Origin: Sphaerodactylus townsendi | Taxonomy: Eukaryota | Length of the DNA: 64,000 nt | Assembly: GCF_021028975.2 (NCBI RefSeq) | Contig: NC_059425.1 | Location: 29,698,001 to 29,762,000 of the forward strand | Direction: 5' to 3' | Shown here: piece by piece, positions 36,646 through 48,740 of the stretch | Numbering within the stretch: position 1 is the stretch's first letter | Layout of the letters: every line of letters starts with the position of its first letter | The notes under the pieces: generated by a model | Database searches by the model: none | Told to the model about the DNA's origin: nothing | Seen by the model: the letters and a program-made list of their open reading frames with translations, nothing else | Made by a program: the position numbers and the translations under genes

Positions 36646-38878
36646 GTCTTCAGTAAAGTGCCTAGAAATCAGAAACATTTACATACAGTTTTTCTGCCTG
36701 CAGAACTGAATTTAGAAAAACATTATGCTTGATTAACAGTCTTAGGGTGGGTCCTTTTTTCCTTCACCCCCTCCCCTTTATCTGGCTGAGTTGATAACAG
36801 CAACCCAAAATGGTGTCTCACAATAGGTCCTCATAAGACTTCAAATGCTTCACAGTTAGTGTATTACCCTACATGCCAAAGTTTTCCCAGTGAGCTGTGG
36901 GCCTGTTTGTACAGCACAGCTGTAATTTCTAAGGATGCCTAAAAGGCAGCCTTTTGGATCTGCAGTGCATTTTTACCCTAGCTGGGGAGGGGAGGGGATG
37001 GTACATTTTCTGCTTATCTGACAGCAGATATAGTATGTGAGTCAGTAAACTGAATTGGTTTATTCTGTGAATCTGTTTACACATGTAATCCTTACAGTGG
37101 ATATCCGGCTAGATGACTTAACATGGATCATGTGAAGTGGTTACAGGGCCCTATTCCCTCCTCCCATGCAAAATGAAGTTTTATTCCCTCACCCCTGCAC
37201 AATGCACTGTCTGAATGGTGACAAGATCTGCTCTTCTACTATGCAGACCCAACACATATACCAGGAATGTATTTACTTCATTTATACCCCACCTTTCCCC
37301 TCAAGAGGAATCCAAAACTACTTGCATCATTCTCTACTCTTCCATTTTATCCTCACAGGAACCTGATGAAGTAGGTAAATTGGGACAACAGGAATGGAGT
37401 GAGACTGGATGTCTGGTAAGGAGCTGCAAGCCTAGCACTGTGCCTTAGATCAGGGATGGGCAAGCATCAACACCAGGGCTTTTGGAGAAGAAGCTGCTGC
37501 AACTGTTCAGACCATAGCAACTTTGTAGGTAAGTCCAGCTGCACCTATCTAAACACACTTTCTGGTTCACAGTTTTAAACTTGAGCTATTTTTGCAATCC
37601 ACTTCAGGCCTTTGGCTTGACAGGCCAGATTATAAATATCTTAAATGAAAGTATTCTTCGGCTCAACATGCCATAGTTGTGCATATGTGTGTGCTGCCTG
37701 GTTCAGTTTCCAGTCAACTCAAAGCTCTCTCTTCCAAAATGACAGGCAACTTTTTCTTCACATACCTGCTCCTTTAAGTGGATTAGTGGATTTTTCCAAG
37801 CTCTGACAGGACAGAAGACCACCTTGTAACAACTCGCACCCTAGAGGAAACACCCACAGCCAGTTATATTAAAATAACCAGATGCCAGATGTTAGCATTG
37901 TCTGGGAAAAGCCTTGGCTCCACAGCAAGGATCCCCAAAGTGGAACCCACCCACCAAGCTTTTTAGAAATTAGACAGGTCTTGCTATTAGCTGCCTTCCT
38001 GCAAATTAAAAAGGTTTCTATGCCTGGAATAGCAGCCACAGGAAGGTCAACAGGGCTAGTAAGCACCCATACTTTCCTCGGTGTGTAGGTCCATTCCCCA
38101 TGTAGGCTTTCATTCTTTTTTACTGCTCCTTTCTCTACTAGTCTCCTTCTGCAAAGCAAGTCGGAAGGGATGTTTTTCCCTGCCGCCTGTGGCAGCCGTT
38201 TTAGATGGCGTTCACCATCTCTTCTCAAAACTCCAAAGGTGCTCACAGTTGCAAACAAGTTTGGGTTTTTCTTCAGAATACTAAATAGAAATTGGGGAAG
38301 GTTTCCTCGACGTGTGGTGTTCTCCGTGTCTTCTGTCACAATTCTACACAGGCGAGGGAAGCTTTAGCTACGGTCGCACCACTTCAACCTGCAGGAGACC
38401 GAGGGTGACTGAGACGGGGCTGCGGAAATGGCTTAAACACTTATTTCTCTCCTTACTTAGCTAAAATTCATCCAAACCTGTGTGTACATGGCGGAGGTGG
38501 GTGGGGGGGGGGGGAGATTTAAGCAACTACGGACCTTTCTGCACGTAGAAAGCTAGCAAAACGTGCTTTCTCCCTCAGTTGCGAGTTTTCTCCAAGCAAG
38601 GAGGCGTTTTCGGTTCTTTCTCGCCTACTTCTGAATTTGCGAAATAGGATCGCGCCTCCTCTCGTGATTTTTTTTTTTTTTTGCCCATTCATCAGTCAGA
38701 AGCCCCGACAGATCTTAGCTTCCGACACCGAGCTTCCAATGTTCACCTCTTGGCGTCATGAAGCCTAACGAGGTCCGGCACGCCACCCCGTTTCTTCGCC
38801 GCCACCACCATCTTTTCGCTTGCGATATTAACATTTTTCTTTAACAGAACCAACCCCCGCCCCCCCTTTCATAATTAC

Positions 38879-39280
38879 CTCAGAGAGAAAAAGAAGTCGC
38901 GAAAAGGCCGGATCCCGCGCCAACCGCCTCAGTCGACGCCTGCCTGTCTTGCTCGCACCTTTCGAATCTCCGCCGCGCGCGCGAGAAGAGCCTCGTTTGC
39001 TCCTATTGGTCGATGTTGTGATTGTTTCCGGAGGTTCTAAACTGCCATTGGGTGCGTTAATAGCCAATGATAGTTTTCTTATGCCAAGCTCAAGGAAAAA
39101 TAAGAAACCCGCCCTAACTAACTTTGGACCAATAGAGCGTGCCGTTTTTTGTGTCAACAAAGGCTATTAGCCAATGAAATAATTGGGCGGTTGCTGGGCA
39201 AGGCTCTCCCTGTACAATCTGAAAATGAGGAGAGAGAAGAGAGAGAATTGCGCAGTTTTCTGGGAAGTGTAGTTTTTAGA
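38879..39280 (-). promoter_or_regulatory. ESCO2: ESCO2 CpG-island promoter and non-coding exon 1
   Basis: Minus-strand donor AG|GTAATT at 38879/38878, CHR-type TTCGAA at 38961-38966 beside a GC-rich CDE/E2F-like run, about six CCAAT/ATTGG boxes in both orientations (39004-39186), and a ZNF143/THAP11-type motif ACTACACTTCCCAGAA (minus, 39258-39273). Confidence 0.8.
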
Positions 39281-39506
39281 GGGACTTTGTGTCGTATTTG
39301 TCGAGCAGCGCGGTTTCTTCGTGTGCCTGGAGCGGTAAGGCATTGCAGACTTTTATTGAATGTGGGGTTCTTGTAGTCATTCAGGGTGCGACGTCAGTAT
39401 GGTCTACAAGTCACTTATGCTCTTAGTTTCCTGCAAACTGAATCCTAGTTAGTGCCAAAGAACTAGATGCACGTGTTGATTTAAACTGATTTTTCATCAG
39501 TTAAAT

Positions 39507-42500
39507 CACGTGTGTCAAACTCAAGGCCTTTGGGCCACATCTGGCGAGATGGCGGCAGCCACAGAATGTGCGGAGTTGCAGCCTAAGCTGCCTCCATTGG
39601 GACATGCAGTCACAATCTCCCGCCTGCAGGTTAGACAACAGGGAGGTGAGCTCAGAGCTGCCACTTGCCTCAATGGGAGTGAGGAAGGGAACTTTGCAGA
39701 ATTTCTGTGCCAAGAAATGTGGACAAACTGAAGTTTGCGAGGGAATATCTGCCCGGGAGCCCTTGAGCCCTATCTTTATCCCTGAATCCGTCTTCTGTGA
39801 CTTTTTGTGCTTCATCTCTTGCTGGAGGTTGAGGGGGGAGGGGAGAAACCCGGAAAACACCTTCAGAAGGGAGAAGAGGAGAAACCTTGGGGTGGGGGAG
39901 AGAAAAGGGTGGGGGGAGCCATGCCTTAATATGTATGTGGAATGTGGGGGGGGGGGAACAGGAAGGGATTTTGCATGTTGAGAATTGGAATTTGGAGAAG
40001 TTTCAGGAGTGAGCAAATTCACCAGAGGGCTGGAAAAATACAGCTTGTGGTTTGGGTGTTATTTTTTTTTTTTGCAAGGCTGCCTTTTTGCAGCTGCAGG
40101 CTTTCAACGCTGCCTCCTTTGGCTGGCCCTCCCCATGCCACCCTCCCCCCCAATTCAGGACAAGATTTTTTGTTCATGATTCCCCCCAATCCACCCCCTT
40201 GCAAAAAGGAGGTCTGCAGCCTTATTAATGCAAAAGCAAAAAGTGCGCGCCTTTGCAAAATGCATGGGAAACTCGGGGGTCCCACACAGGTGCAAGAAGC
40301 TGGAAAGAAGACAAGCCTGGGGTTTTTTTGGGGGTGATGGGAAAGTGGAGAGAAATGGCCGCAGGAGGGGGCGGTGGGCGCATAGTGTTGACTTTTGAAT
40401 GCCTGGCGCATTCAAGGATCCCCCCTTCCAGCTGGTAAGGATTTGTTTCCTGTGATTTGCAAATGACCCTGGAGCAGCAGCAGTGGTGGCATGCATGCAA
40501 GCAAGGTGGTTGGGGGTAGAGGCTTTCGGCACTTTGGGGTTAATAGAGCCCACCCCTCCCCTCATTTCCAAATGACCCCATTGCAGGTTTTTTTTTTGCA
40601 AGGCTCCCCACTCTTCTTGTAATGTATTGCCAGCTTTTTACCCTGGGGAGGGGAGGTTCCAGATCTCCTCCATGTGAGGGTAGGGGAAATGCCAGGTACT
40701 CCTCTGCTGGGTTCGTTCTTTCTTTCTTTCCCCACAGTAAGCCCCCAACCCACAACAAGGCCTCCCCCCTCCTCCCAACCCCAGCAACCCACCCTGGCCC
40801 AGGGATCCGAGCGAAAGGGAGGGAGCCGCGCTGCTCTCTGGCGGCAGCTGCTGCAGAAGGAGACGCCGCAGCCGCGGCATGTTTACTCAGTCACTGAACC
40901 CACCCCAATAAAAATCTATACCTATGTGCTTGCTTTTCAAATAGGCTACCTGCGATCATTCCTGCGTCAAGTTCGTCAGATCAAGCATCTGTTGACGTAT
41001 ACAACCCTAATTTCAAATCAAAGCTAGCCCCTAACAATGGCCAAGAGAAAAGCTGATTCTGAAAACATTTGCGGAGGTAATGTGCCTGTAATTAAGGAGT
41101 ATAATCTAAGACAGCACTACAAGACAAAACATCAGGACAAGTTTAAAAACCTGGATGCAAAGCAGAAACTACAGAAGGCTGAAGAGTTGAAGAGGAATCT
41201 GACATCCCAGCAGACCGAAGTGAAATCACAAAGTGAAGCTGCTATGAAAGCAAGTTTTATTGTGGCAGAGAAGATTGCCAAATCAGGACGGCCATTTAGT
41301 GAGGGAGAGTTTCTGAAGAACTGCATGATGAAAGCGTGGGACATCATGTGTCCAGATATAAAACAGGCGTTTGCAAATGTAAGCCTTAGCACAAATACGA
41401 TTGCTGATCGGGCTTGTGAGATGGCCACTGATTTGAAAACACAGTTGCTTGAAAGAGGGAAAGACTTTGTTGCATACTCCCTTGCTGTGGATGAAAGTAC
41501 TGACACTGCACAGCTGGCCATCTTCATCCGTGGAGTGGACTCCAGTTTGTGCGTTACTGAGGAAATATTGGACATTAAATCGATGCATGGGACAATGGAA
41601 GGAAAAGACATCTTTGAAAACGTATATCAAAGTGTAACCGACATGAAACTGCCTTGGGACAAACTTGTTGGACTTACAACAGATGGAGCACCAGCGATGT
41701 GCAGTGAAAAAAGTGGACTAGTGGGAAGGATGCGCTTAAAGATGCGGGAGGAGAACTGTGCTGGTGAGTTGACAGTATATCACTGCATCATACACCAAGA
41801 AGCACTGAGTGGTAAAGTCCTAAAAATGGATCATGTGATGAACACTGTAACACAAACAGTAAATTTAATCAGAGCCCAAGGTTTAAATCACTGCCAATTT
41901 CAATCTTTTCTGCGGGAAATAGATTCAGAGTTTGGCGACATGCCTTATCATACGCAGGTGCGGTGGCTAAGTCAGGGGAAAGTTCTCAATAGACTTTTTG
42001 AGCTGGTCGAGGAAATCTGTCAGTTCATGGACAGTAAAGGAAAAGACTCCACAGTTCTGCGGGATGAAAAGTGGAAATGCGAGTTGGCATTTCTGGCTGA
42101 TATAACTACGCATCTCAGCGTCTTAAACCTTCAGCTCCAGGGACAGGAGCGCATGATAACTGATATGTATGATGCAGTGAAGGCATTTCAAGTAAAGCTG
42201 TGCTTATGGGAGACACAAATGCACCAATGCAACTTGTCTCACTTTCCCTGTTGCCAGGTAATGTTGAACCAAGTTAGCGCCACAGTGTTCCCAAATGCTC
42301 ACTTTGCTGATAAACTGAGCGCACTTCGCACTGAGTTCACATGGCGCTTTGCTGATTTGGAAGCACAGAAAAGTAATTTTGAACTGCTTCGCAACCCATT
42401 TGCTGTCGATGTGGAAACTGCACCAGTAGAAATTCAGATGGAGCTGATAGAGCTGCAGTGTAACGGAACGCTGAAGGCAAAGTACGACAGTGTGGGGCCT

Positions 42501-43025
42501 GCACAGTTCATTCGCTTCATTCCTGAAGTGATGCCCCAGCTCCGTCAACATGCGGCTCGAACCCTGAGTTTGTTTGACAGCACATACCTATGTGAGCAGC
42601 TGTACTCTGTGATAAAAATTAACAAAACCTCGCACAGGAGTCATCTCACTGATGAACACCTTCAGTCCATCCTGAGAATCTCCACAACACAGAACCTAAC
42701 CCCAAACATAAACGAACTTGTTGCCAAGAAGAGATGCCAAGCATCAAACTCTGATAAAATGGCATCAGAGCACAAATAATGTAATGTTTTGATTTGTTAT
42801 GATGTAACTTTTACTTTAAAGCACCATTTTTATGAAGAGCAAAATATTTCAAGTTTAAGTTTATGTTGCAATGATATTGTATCCTGTGTTTCAATGTATA
42901 TTAATGTTCAAAATGTTCAGTTTTAGTCTGTTTAATAAATGTTTATCCTGTTTGGCCTGTTTGGCCTGCAACCTAAAGTGTGCTTTGAGTTTTGGCCCCC
43001 TGTGCCATTGAGTTTGACACCCCTG
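39507..43025 (+). mobile_element. Full-length hAT (Charlie/Buster-type) DNA transposon, 3519 bp
   Basis: Left TIR CACGTGTGTCAAACTC (39507) and right TIR GAGTTTGACACCCCTG (ends 43025), 14/16 match. Flanking 8-bp TSD AGTTAAAT (39499-39506) / AGTTAAAC (43026-43033). Encloses a transposase ORF and AATAAA at 42934-42939. Confidence 0.93.
41037..42779 (+). CDS. hAT transposase, GTF2IRD2/EPM2AIP1-like family, 580 aa open ORF
   Basis: Single ORF with good Kozak context (acaATGG). Motifs AVDEST (D1), TTDGAPAM (D2), HCIIHQE (CxxH), VRWLS, STYLCEQ (E), and a C-terminal dimerisation region RSHLTDEHLQSILRI. The N-terminal BED finger is partial. Confidence 0.9.
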   Translation: MAKRKADSENICGGNVPVIKEYNLRQHYKTKHQDKFKNLDAKQKLQKAEELKRNLTSQQTEVKSQSEAAMKASFIVAEKIAKSGRPFSEGEFLKNCMMKAWDIMCPDIKQAFANVSLSTNTIADRACEMATDLKTQLLERGKDFVAYSLAVDESTDTAQLAIFIRGVDSSLCVTEEILDIKSMHGTMEGKDIFENVYQSVTDMKLPWDKLVGLTTDGAPAMCSEKSGLVGRMRLKMREENCAGELTVYHCIIHQEALSGKVLKMDHVMNTVTQTVNLIRAQGLNHCQFQSFLREIDSEFGDMPYHTQVRWLSQGKVLNRLFELVEEICQFMDSKGKDSTVLRDEKWKCELAFLADITTHLSVLNLQLQGQERMITDMYDAVKAFQVKLCLWETQMHQCNLSHFPCCQVMLNQVSATVFPNAHFADKLSALRTEFTWRFADLEAQKSNFELLRNPFAVDVETAPVEIQMELIELQCNGTLKAKYDSVGPAQFIRFIPEVMPQLRQHAARTLSLFDSTYLCEQLYSVIKINKTSHRSHLTDEHLQSILRISTTQNLTPNINELVAKKRCQASNSDKMASEHK

Positions 43026-43067
43026 AGTTAAACCTTTCTTTCTTGGAATGACCAGGATACTTAAAAT

Positions 43068-43168
43068 CAGTGGTGGGATTCAGCAGGTTCGCACCACTTT
43101 GGCAGAACCAGTTGTTAAAATGGTGCTTGTAAACAACCAGTTATTAAATTATTTGAATCCCACCATTG
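43068..43168. mobile_element. 101-bp hAT MITE
   Basis: TIR CAGTGGTGGGATTCA / TGAATCCCACCATTG with an exact TSD CTTAAAAT. Confidence 0.88.
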
Positions 43169-45113
43169 CTTAAAATGCATATGATTAATAGCATGACTTT
43201 CTGTTTCTTCCTTTTTGAGCTCAGTCCCATCGATTTTTTAACTGCTTTTTTAATTTGGTTATTTATAACGCACCTTTCTCTCTGAGACATAAGGCAGGTT
43301 ACATAGTGTATGTTATATACAATCAACAAGATGGGAAATCCAAGGAACAGTGTAATAGGATTCAGATTACAGAAATCTGAAAACAAAACCGAAATGTCAA
43401 CAAAGCAGAAACAAAGCATTAGCTTGTAAACACGGTATTTTAAGTGGTGTAGAAACTACCTAGTGTAACTTTACAGCAATAGGCAGCAACACTTGGTTGA
43501 CACTTTAATTGAGCTGTCCGCTATGACCCCGAGGTCTCCTTCCCTTTCAGTTTCAGCAAGTTCAGACCCCACTACTAAGTATTTAAAGATGGGAGGTTTT
43601 TTTTGTTTCAATCTACATCATCATTTAACATGAGCTTTTATGGAAAGCAGCCTGCCCTCCTCAGAGCATGGAAGCTAAGAAGACTGAGGTTGCTGTGTTG
43701 AGGAAGGCAGACAACCTTGTGAGATCCAACGTGGTGTAGTGGTTAAGTGCAGCACCCTTTAATCTGGAGAACCAGGTTTGATTCCCCTATTCTTTCATAT
43801 GAAGCCTGCTGGCTGATCTTGGACCAGTCACCATTCTCTCAAAGCTCTCTCAGCCCTACCTACCTTACAAAGTGCCTGTTGTAAAATCAGGAAGAGAAAG
43901 TGTTTCTGTGCCCTTTTGAGACTCCTTAAAGGAGAAAAAAACAGTATAAAAACCTCTTCTGCTCCTTCACCTCTGCTTGTGTCTTGTCTGGAATGCCCTA
44001 TGGACGAGCTCATCTTGAGTCAGTTGTGACTTTATGGTGCATTCTTCTACTTACTGTTGAAATGCATTATCTCCTGACTCACCTATATCTCAAATGCAAA
44101 AAGCACAGGGTGATACTTTTTAAAATTCAAACCAAGTAAAGAAAAAAGGCCATTTGCTTGTCATTATAGGCCAGTTAACACCAATAATGGCAGGCAGACT
44201 CCAGTTTTTGCTAACAGAATATGTGTAGAGCCTGAGAAAGCCCAGTTGCAGGGAGGTAGCATGAAAGCTTCTATCCTTTCCTAACCCCTGTTTAGCTGTT
44301 CAAGTGCCCATCTTGAAACTCCACACTTCCTTTCCATATCACGCCATCCATACATGGCACCTATGATGCCATGATACCAGCAGTCACTTTTCTTGCTGCC
44401 TGCCAACAGTTTTGGGAAAGTAGGCAGGGCCAGATCAGGCTCTTGTCCATCAGGCCTTCTGACTGGCCATTGGCCATTCTATCTGACTGGCCATTGGCTA
44501 TGCAGAAGTTTAGGAAGTTGCTTTGGCAGCAGCTACCACCACAGCACAAGAATCTTCCCTGTATGACTGCAGATAAGTTGTGTATGCAAGAAAATATTTT
44601 CAAACATGTTCATCTTAAAAGGTATCCTGTTATACAGAGCTTCTGCTTCAAATGCTGAAGAGTTACTATTAGATGCGAACCTCACTTCCTGAGATTTTTG
44701 TGGTTGGCGTTGCCTCTTGGGGCAGCCATTTTGAGGCTGTGCCCACCATCCAGTGTCGGAATTCTAAAGGTGCCCACAGACTCAGAAAGGCTGGGGACCA
44801 CTGTGCTAAGCAACGTTGACCAAGCAATGTTTACTAAGCAGTGTTTACGTCCTATGCCCATTGACTTCAAAAGGGTTGAGGAAGGTGCACCTCTAAGAAT
44901 GGAAGCTTCTCTGGCCTCCATCTTCCTCCATATCTCCACCCAGCCTTCTTCCCTGCTTGACTCTGATTTATCCCTTTCCTTGGGGTGACATTTTGAAACT
45001 TTCAAACCTTCCTGAAGGAGCTGGGAGGACCCCCACCCCACACACACTCTAATTCATAGCACAAATTGACCATCCCCTTCAGACTAATGACAGTGACGTT
45101 AGAGTTCAACCTA

Positions 45114-45119
45114 TTTATT
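45114..45119 (-). terminator. PolyA signal of the C2orf16-like gene
   Basis: AATAAA about 120 nt after the stop codon, followed by GT-rich sequence on the minus strand. Confidence 0.6.
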
Positions 45120-45241
45120 TGCACCCTGGGAAAAAAAGACAACACAGACCTGCTGTGTCCCAGCAGTGAAGGTGGATATCACAGAGCAATAAACCCTGGC
45201 AGGAGAAAGTGCCCCAACAATGAGCACGCCAGGCATTCTAG

Positions 45242-47756
45242 TCAGTCTGGGTGTCTGGCAATTTTGCTAGTGCTTTTCTTGGAGGGAGTCCTCTTCAGCA
45301 AACTGGGGGATTTCCTTGGTGTCCCAGGGGAAGTCGATTTTTTAGTGCTACTGGTCCCTTTCTGGGAGACCTTAGGTGAATCTGGTTCTTTAAAGCTCAG
45401 GGATGGCCTCCTGCGGTCTGTGGGGGACGTCTGCTTGGTGAAAGAAGCACGTTTGAGTATAGGAGGAGTGGCTGATTTGAGGGGAGAAACCTTTTGTGTG
45501 CTGGGGGACAAAGGAGAGACTTTTGAAATGGCTCCTTTCTTTTGGACCTCAGAGGTGGAGGACTTAAGTGAAAGAAGAGCCCCTGGTTCTTTCCGGGGCT
45601 GAGGGGAAACACGGGCAAATTGGGGAGAGTCTGGTTTCTTGGAGGGAGAGCTTTTCTTAGGGCAGAACTTCTCGGGGCACTTATTTCGCACCTTGGCCCA
45701 AATATTCTTGATGGTGGAGAGCAGCTGTTTCAGAATGGAGTGGGGCTTCTCGGGTGTTTTCGGATGGACTTTCTTTGGAGGTGGTGGGGACGGCTTTGCA
45801 GATACCGGAGATGGCCTTGCAGATAGTGGGGGTGGCCTTGCAGATCGTGGTTGGAACTGTGTTTTAGTAGTTTGTGCACTTGCAGGTGCTGGGGTAGTTG
45901 CAGCAACCCGTGCAACCTGTTGAGCAGCCACTGGATTTCTGGTCTTCCGGTTACCTCTCTCTGGGAGATGCTCCCTAGCAACATGAGGTGTCTTATCTGG
46001 GATTTTGGGACCTTGGGGTCTTGGTCCAGCTGCGCGGCCTTGGCTCTTTCTATGTGGAGTGGTGCGCTTACTCTTCTCTCTCTTTGAGGGACGTTCTTTG
46101 TCACAGGGTTTCTTGAGCACATCTGTTCCTTGTGTCAACCCCCACATGTCAGCTTCAGACCTCTTGATCTTAAGGAGGAAGCCGAGGGTCATATACGCAT
46201 TACCATCCTGCACATCCAGCCGTGGGTAGACAAGGAGGCAGGGGCTGTGCCGCATACGCGGGTGGGGGCAATATGGGGTGCAACGGCCACATAGCAGGCA
46301 CAGCGGATACTCCACGCTTGGTTGGCTGGACCCCATCTCCAGCCCTTTGGCCAGGTGCATTTTCAGGTCCTGCATTGCTTGCTCAGAGTCCAAAGACTGT
46401 ATGATGGTGTGGGCCAAGCACTGGGGCTTAGGAGTTCTAGCAGCGGGACGTGTACTGAGTTGTGCAAATGGGTAGCTTTTCTGGTTCTGTTCTTCTCGTG
46501 CTGCAGCAATGCAGGGCAACTCCAGTTGGTTCTGGCACATAAATGAAGGGTCCAGGAACTTCGGTTGCGTAGTAGCAGGTTGCGCCCAGGTCAGACTTGG
46601 TTTCTGAAATTCAGGCATGTTACTCCAACTCAAGGTGTGCATTGTCTGGTCTGTTCTCAAGCCGGCCTTGACCTCTCCTTGCTTGTCCTTGGGGCTGCCA
46701 GCTCTTCCCACCCTGCCAAGATCCTCCTTGGGAGACCCAGGTCTCCTGCCAGGGCTGTGACTATCCTTCTTTTTTTCCTTGGGGGTCTCGAGTCTTCCAG
46801 ATTCTCTTGGTGTGGAACTCTGCCCAAACACGGTGATCAGTTCTGTCAGTTCCTCCTTGGGGATCTGGCTGTTCAACGTGACTTCTACAGATTCATGAGC
46901 ATTGCTGTGATGTTGATCTTTCTTTTTTTCCTTAAGGGTCTCGGGTATTCCAGATTCTCTCAGTGTGGGGCTCTTCCTTTGCCCTAACACGGTGAGCACT
47001 TCTGCCAGTTCCTCCTTGGGGGTCCTGCTACTCACCTTGACTTCCACAGATCCATGGCCATCGCGGTGGCTTTCTTCCTTGCAGATGAGCGTGACGGGAG
47101 GAGGCAAGTCTTCTGAAGGAGAAGGAACAGGTATCATCGGCCGTGCAAAGAGCCCTGGGCTTGGTGGGCGAGGGGACTTGGGTGGTGTATGACGTCTGAT
47201 GCTTTGAGGAGGTGTGTGGCTGTGTGGCCGCTGATCTAGAAGTGACTGCTGGGTCATCCCATGCACCATCCCATCTGCCTGAGTTCTGTCATTCCCAGTA
47301 TGTGCCACTTCCTCCTCCTGACGTTTCTTCTGAATATGCCAGTTGAGCAACTCCTGCTCCTTGTAGCTCAGGACCCTAGCCGTCCTACTCTGCATATCGG
47401 GATTGGTCCTGTTGGTTGCTGGATGCCATTTAGGGGCTGAGGAGATCAGTCTGGTCAGAGACTCAGAGTGGGGTGTCGGTCCTCCCTGCTGCTCCTCCAG
47501 TTGCTTCTGACGTATGTTGAAATCGACCTTGCGATGAGACAGGGCCTGTAGGCGGACCTTCTGGAACCCAGCCCCGGGGGGTCTGATGAGATGTTGCTTT
47601 TGCTCCCTGCACTGAACATCATTTCCCAGGGTATCAGGTACTGGGGGAGATGGTGTTCTAGATTGGCCACCTGCTGATGAATGGACCCAACTGTAGAGTG
47701 AAACAGCAGTTTCCACAGAGGCATTGGATGTAGATGAGTATGCAGTCCTAGACAGT
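45242..47756 (-). CDS. Large terminal exon of a C2orf16/SPATA31H1-like, basic Ser/Pro-rich protein
   Basis: 2.5-kb open frame with no TE hallmarks. Polypyrimidine tract with acceptor ccccAAG| at 47757 (alternative at 47748). Motif EYPLCLLCGRCTPYCPHP..SPCLLVYPRL...G...LGFLLKIKR resembles the C2orf16 block YPVCLQCGRC...PYLLIYPQL...LGFRLRIGKR as I recall it. SPATA31-like motifs VDFNIRQKQLE and LNWHIQKKRQ. AATAAA at 45119-45114. Confidence 0.8.
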
Positions 47757-48059
47757 CTTGGGGAGGAGGGAGATAAAGTCAAAGAAAAGGCAATTCAGGA
47801 CACTCCCTGTGGGTTCACCCCAACTGCAAGCCTAAGAGAAGGTAATCCCAATTGATTAAAAATTGGGCTTACTCCAAAGTACATTTGCTTAGGATTGCTC
47901 TCCAAGTAGCCCAGCATCCTAGACTCCTAATTTGTTCAGGATTCCACATGTGCTGTGATTCTATGGGAGCACAAAAAAAAAGGTGCAAACGATGACAACA
48001 AAACCAAACTATCTTAATCTGTCAACCTATTGTTCCCATCATATCTGAACAGTCTACTC

Positions 48060-48138
48060 CAGGGGTAGGGAACCTGCGGCTCTCCAGATGTTCAGGAACT
48101 ACAATTCCCATCAGCCTCTGTCAGCATGGCCAATTGGA
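48060..48138. mobile_element. Half copy of the palindromic hAT MITE
   Basis: One arm of the 29272 element up to the central GGCCAATTGG. Another partial copy lies at 18890-19014. Confidence 0.8.
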
Positions 48139-48427
48139 CCAGTGCGGGAAGACACAATCGAAGCGTCCAGCCTCTTCTTTAAAACCTCCAAAAAAGGAGA
48201 CTTCACCACATTTCAAAACAGTGTATTCCACTGTTGAACAGTTGTTACTGTCAGGAAGTTCTTTCTAATGTTTAGGTGGAATCTCTTTTCCTGCACCTTA
48301 ATGATCCAGGATAATCAGCTCATATTTCCTCAATGGGAGCTATCAGCTGAGGATGTTTTTTGAAAGGGTATTTCTACCTTCAAGATGTAGTTTGGGTGTG
48401 GGGGAGCAGTTTGGGAATACGGAGGTA

Positions 48428-48740
48428 AGAAGAAGAAGAAGAGTTTGGATTTATATCCCCCCTTTCTCTCCTGTAGGAGACTCAAAGGGGCTTACAATCT
48501 CCTTGCCCGTCCCCCCTCACAACAAACACCCTGTGAGGTGGGCAGGGCTGAGAGAGCTCCGAGAAACTGTGACTAGCCCAAGGTCACCCAGTTGGCGTGT
48601 GTGGGAGTGTACAGGCTAATCTGAATTCCCCAGATAAGCCTCCACAACTCAAGTGGCAGAGCTGGGAATCAAACCTGGTTCCTCCAGATCAGAGTGCACC
48701 TGCTCTTAGCCACTGTTCTTAGTCACTACGCCACTGCTGC
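48428..48740 (-). mobile_element. tRNA-derived SINE
   Basis: Near-identical to the 4238-4520 copy, with a (TCT)n tail. Confidence 0.8.

Noticed and set aside
41132-41630. Antisense ORFs within the transposase (and 45066-46987 opposite the large exon)
   Set aside because: These are shadow ORFs of the real coding strand.
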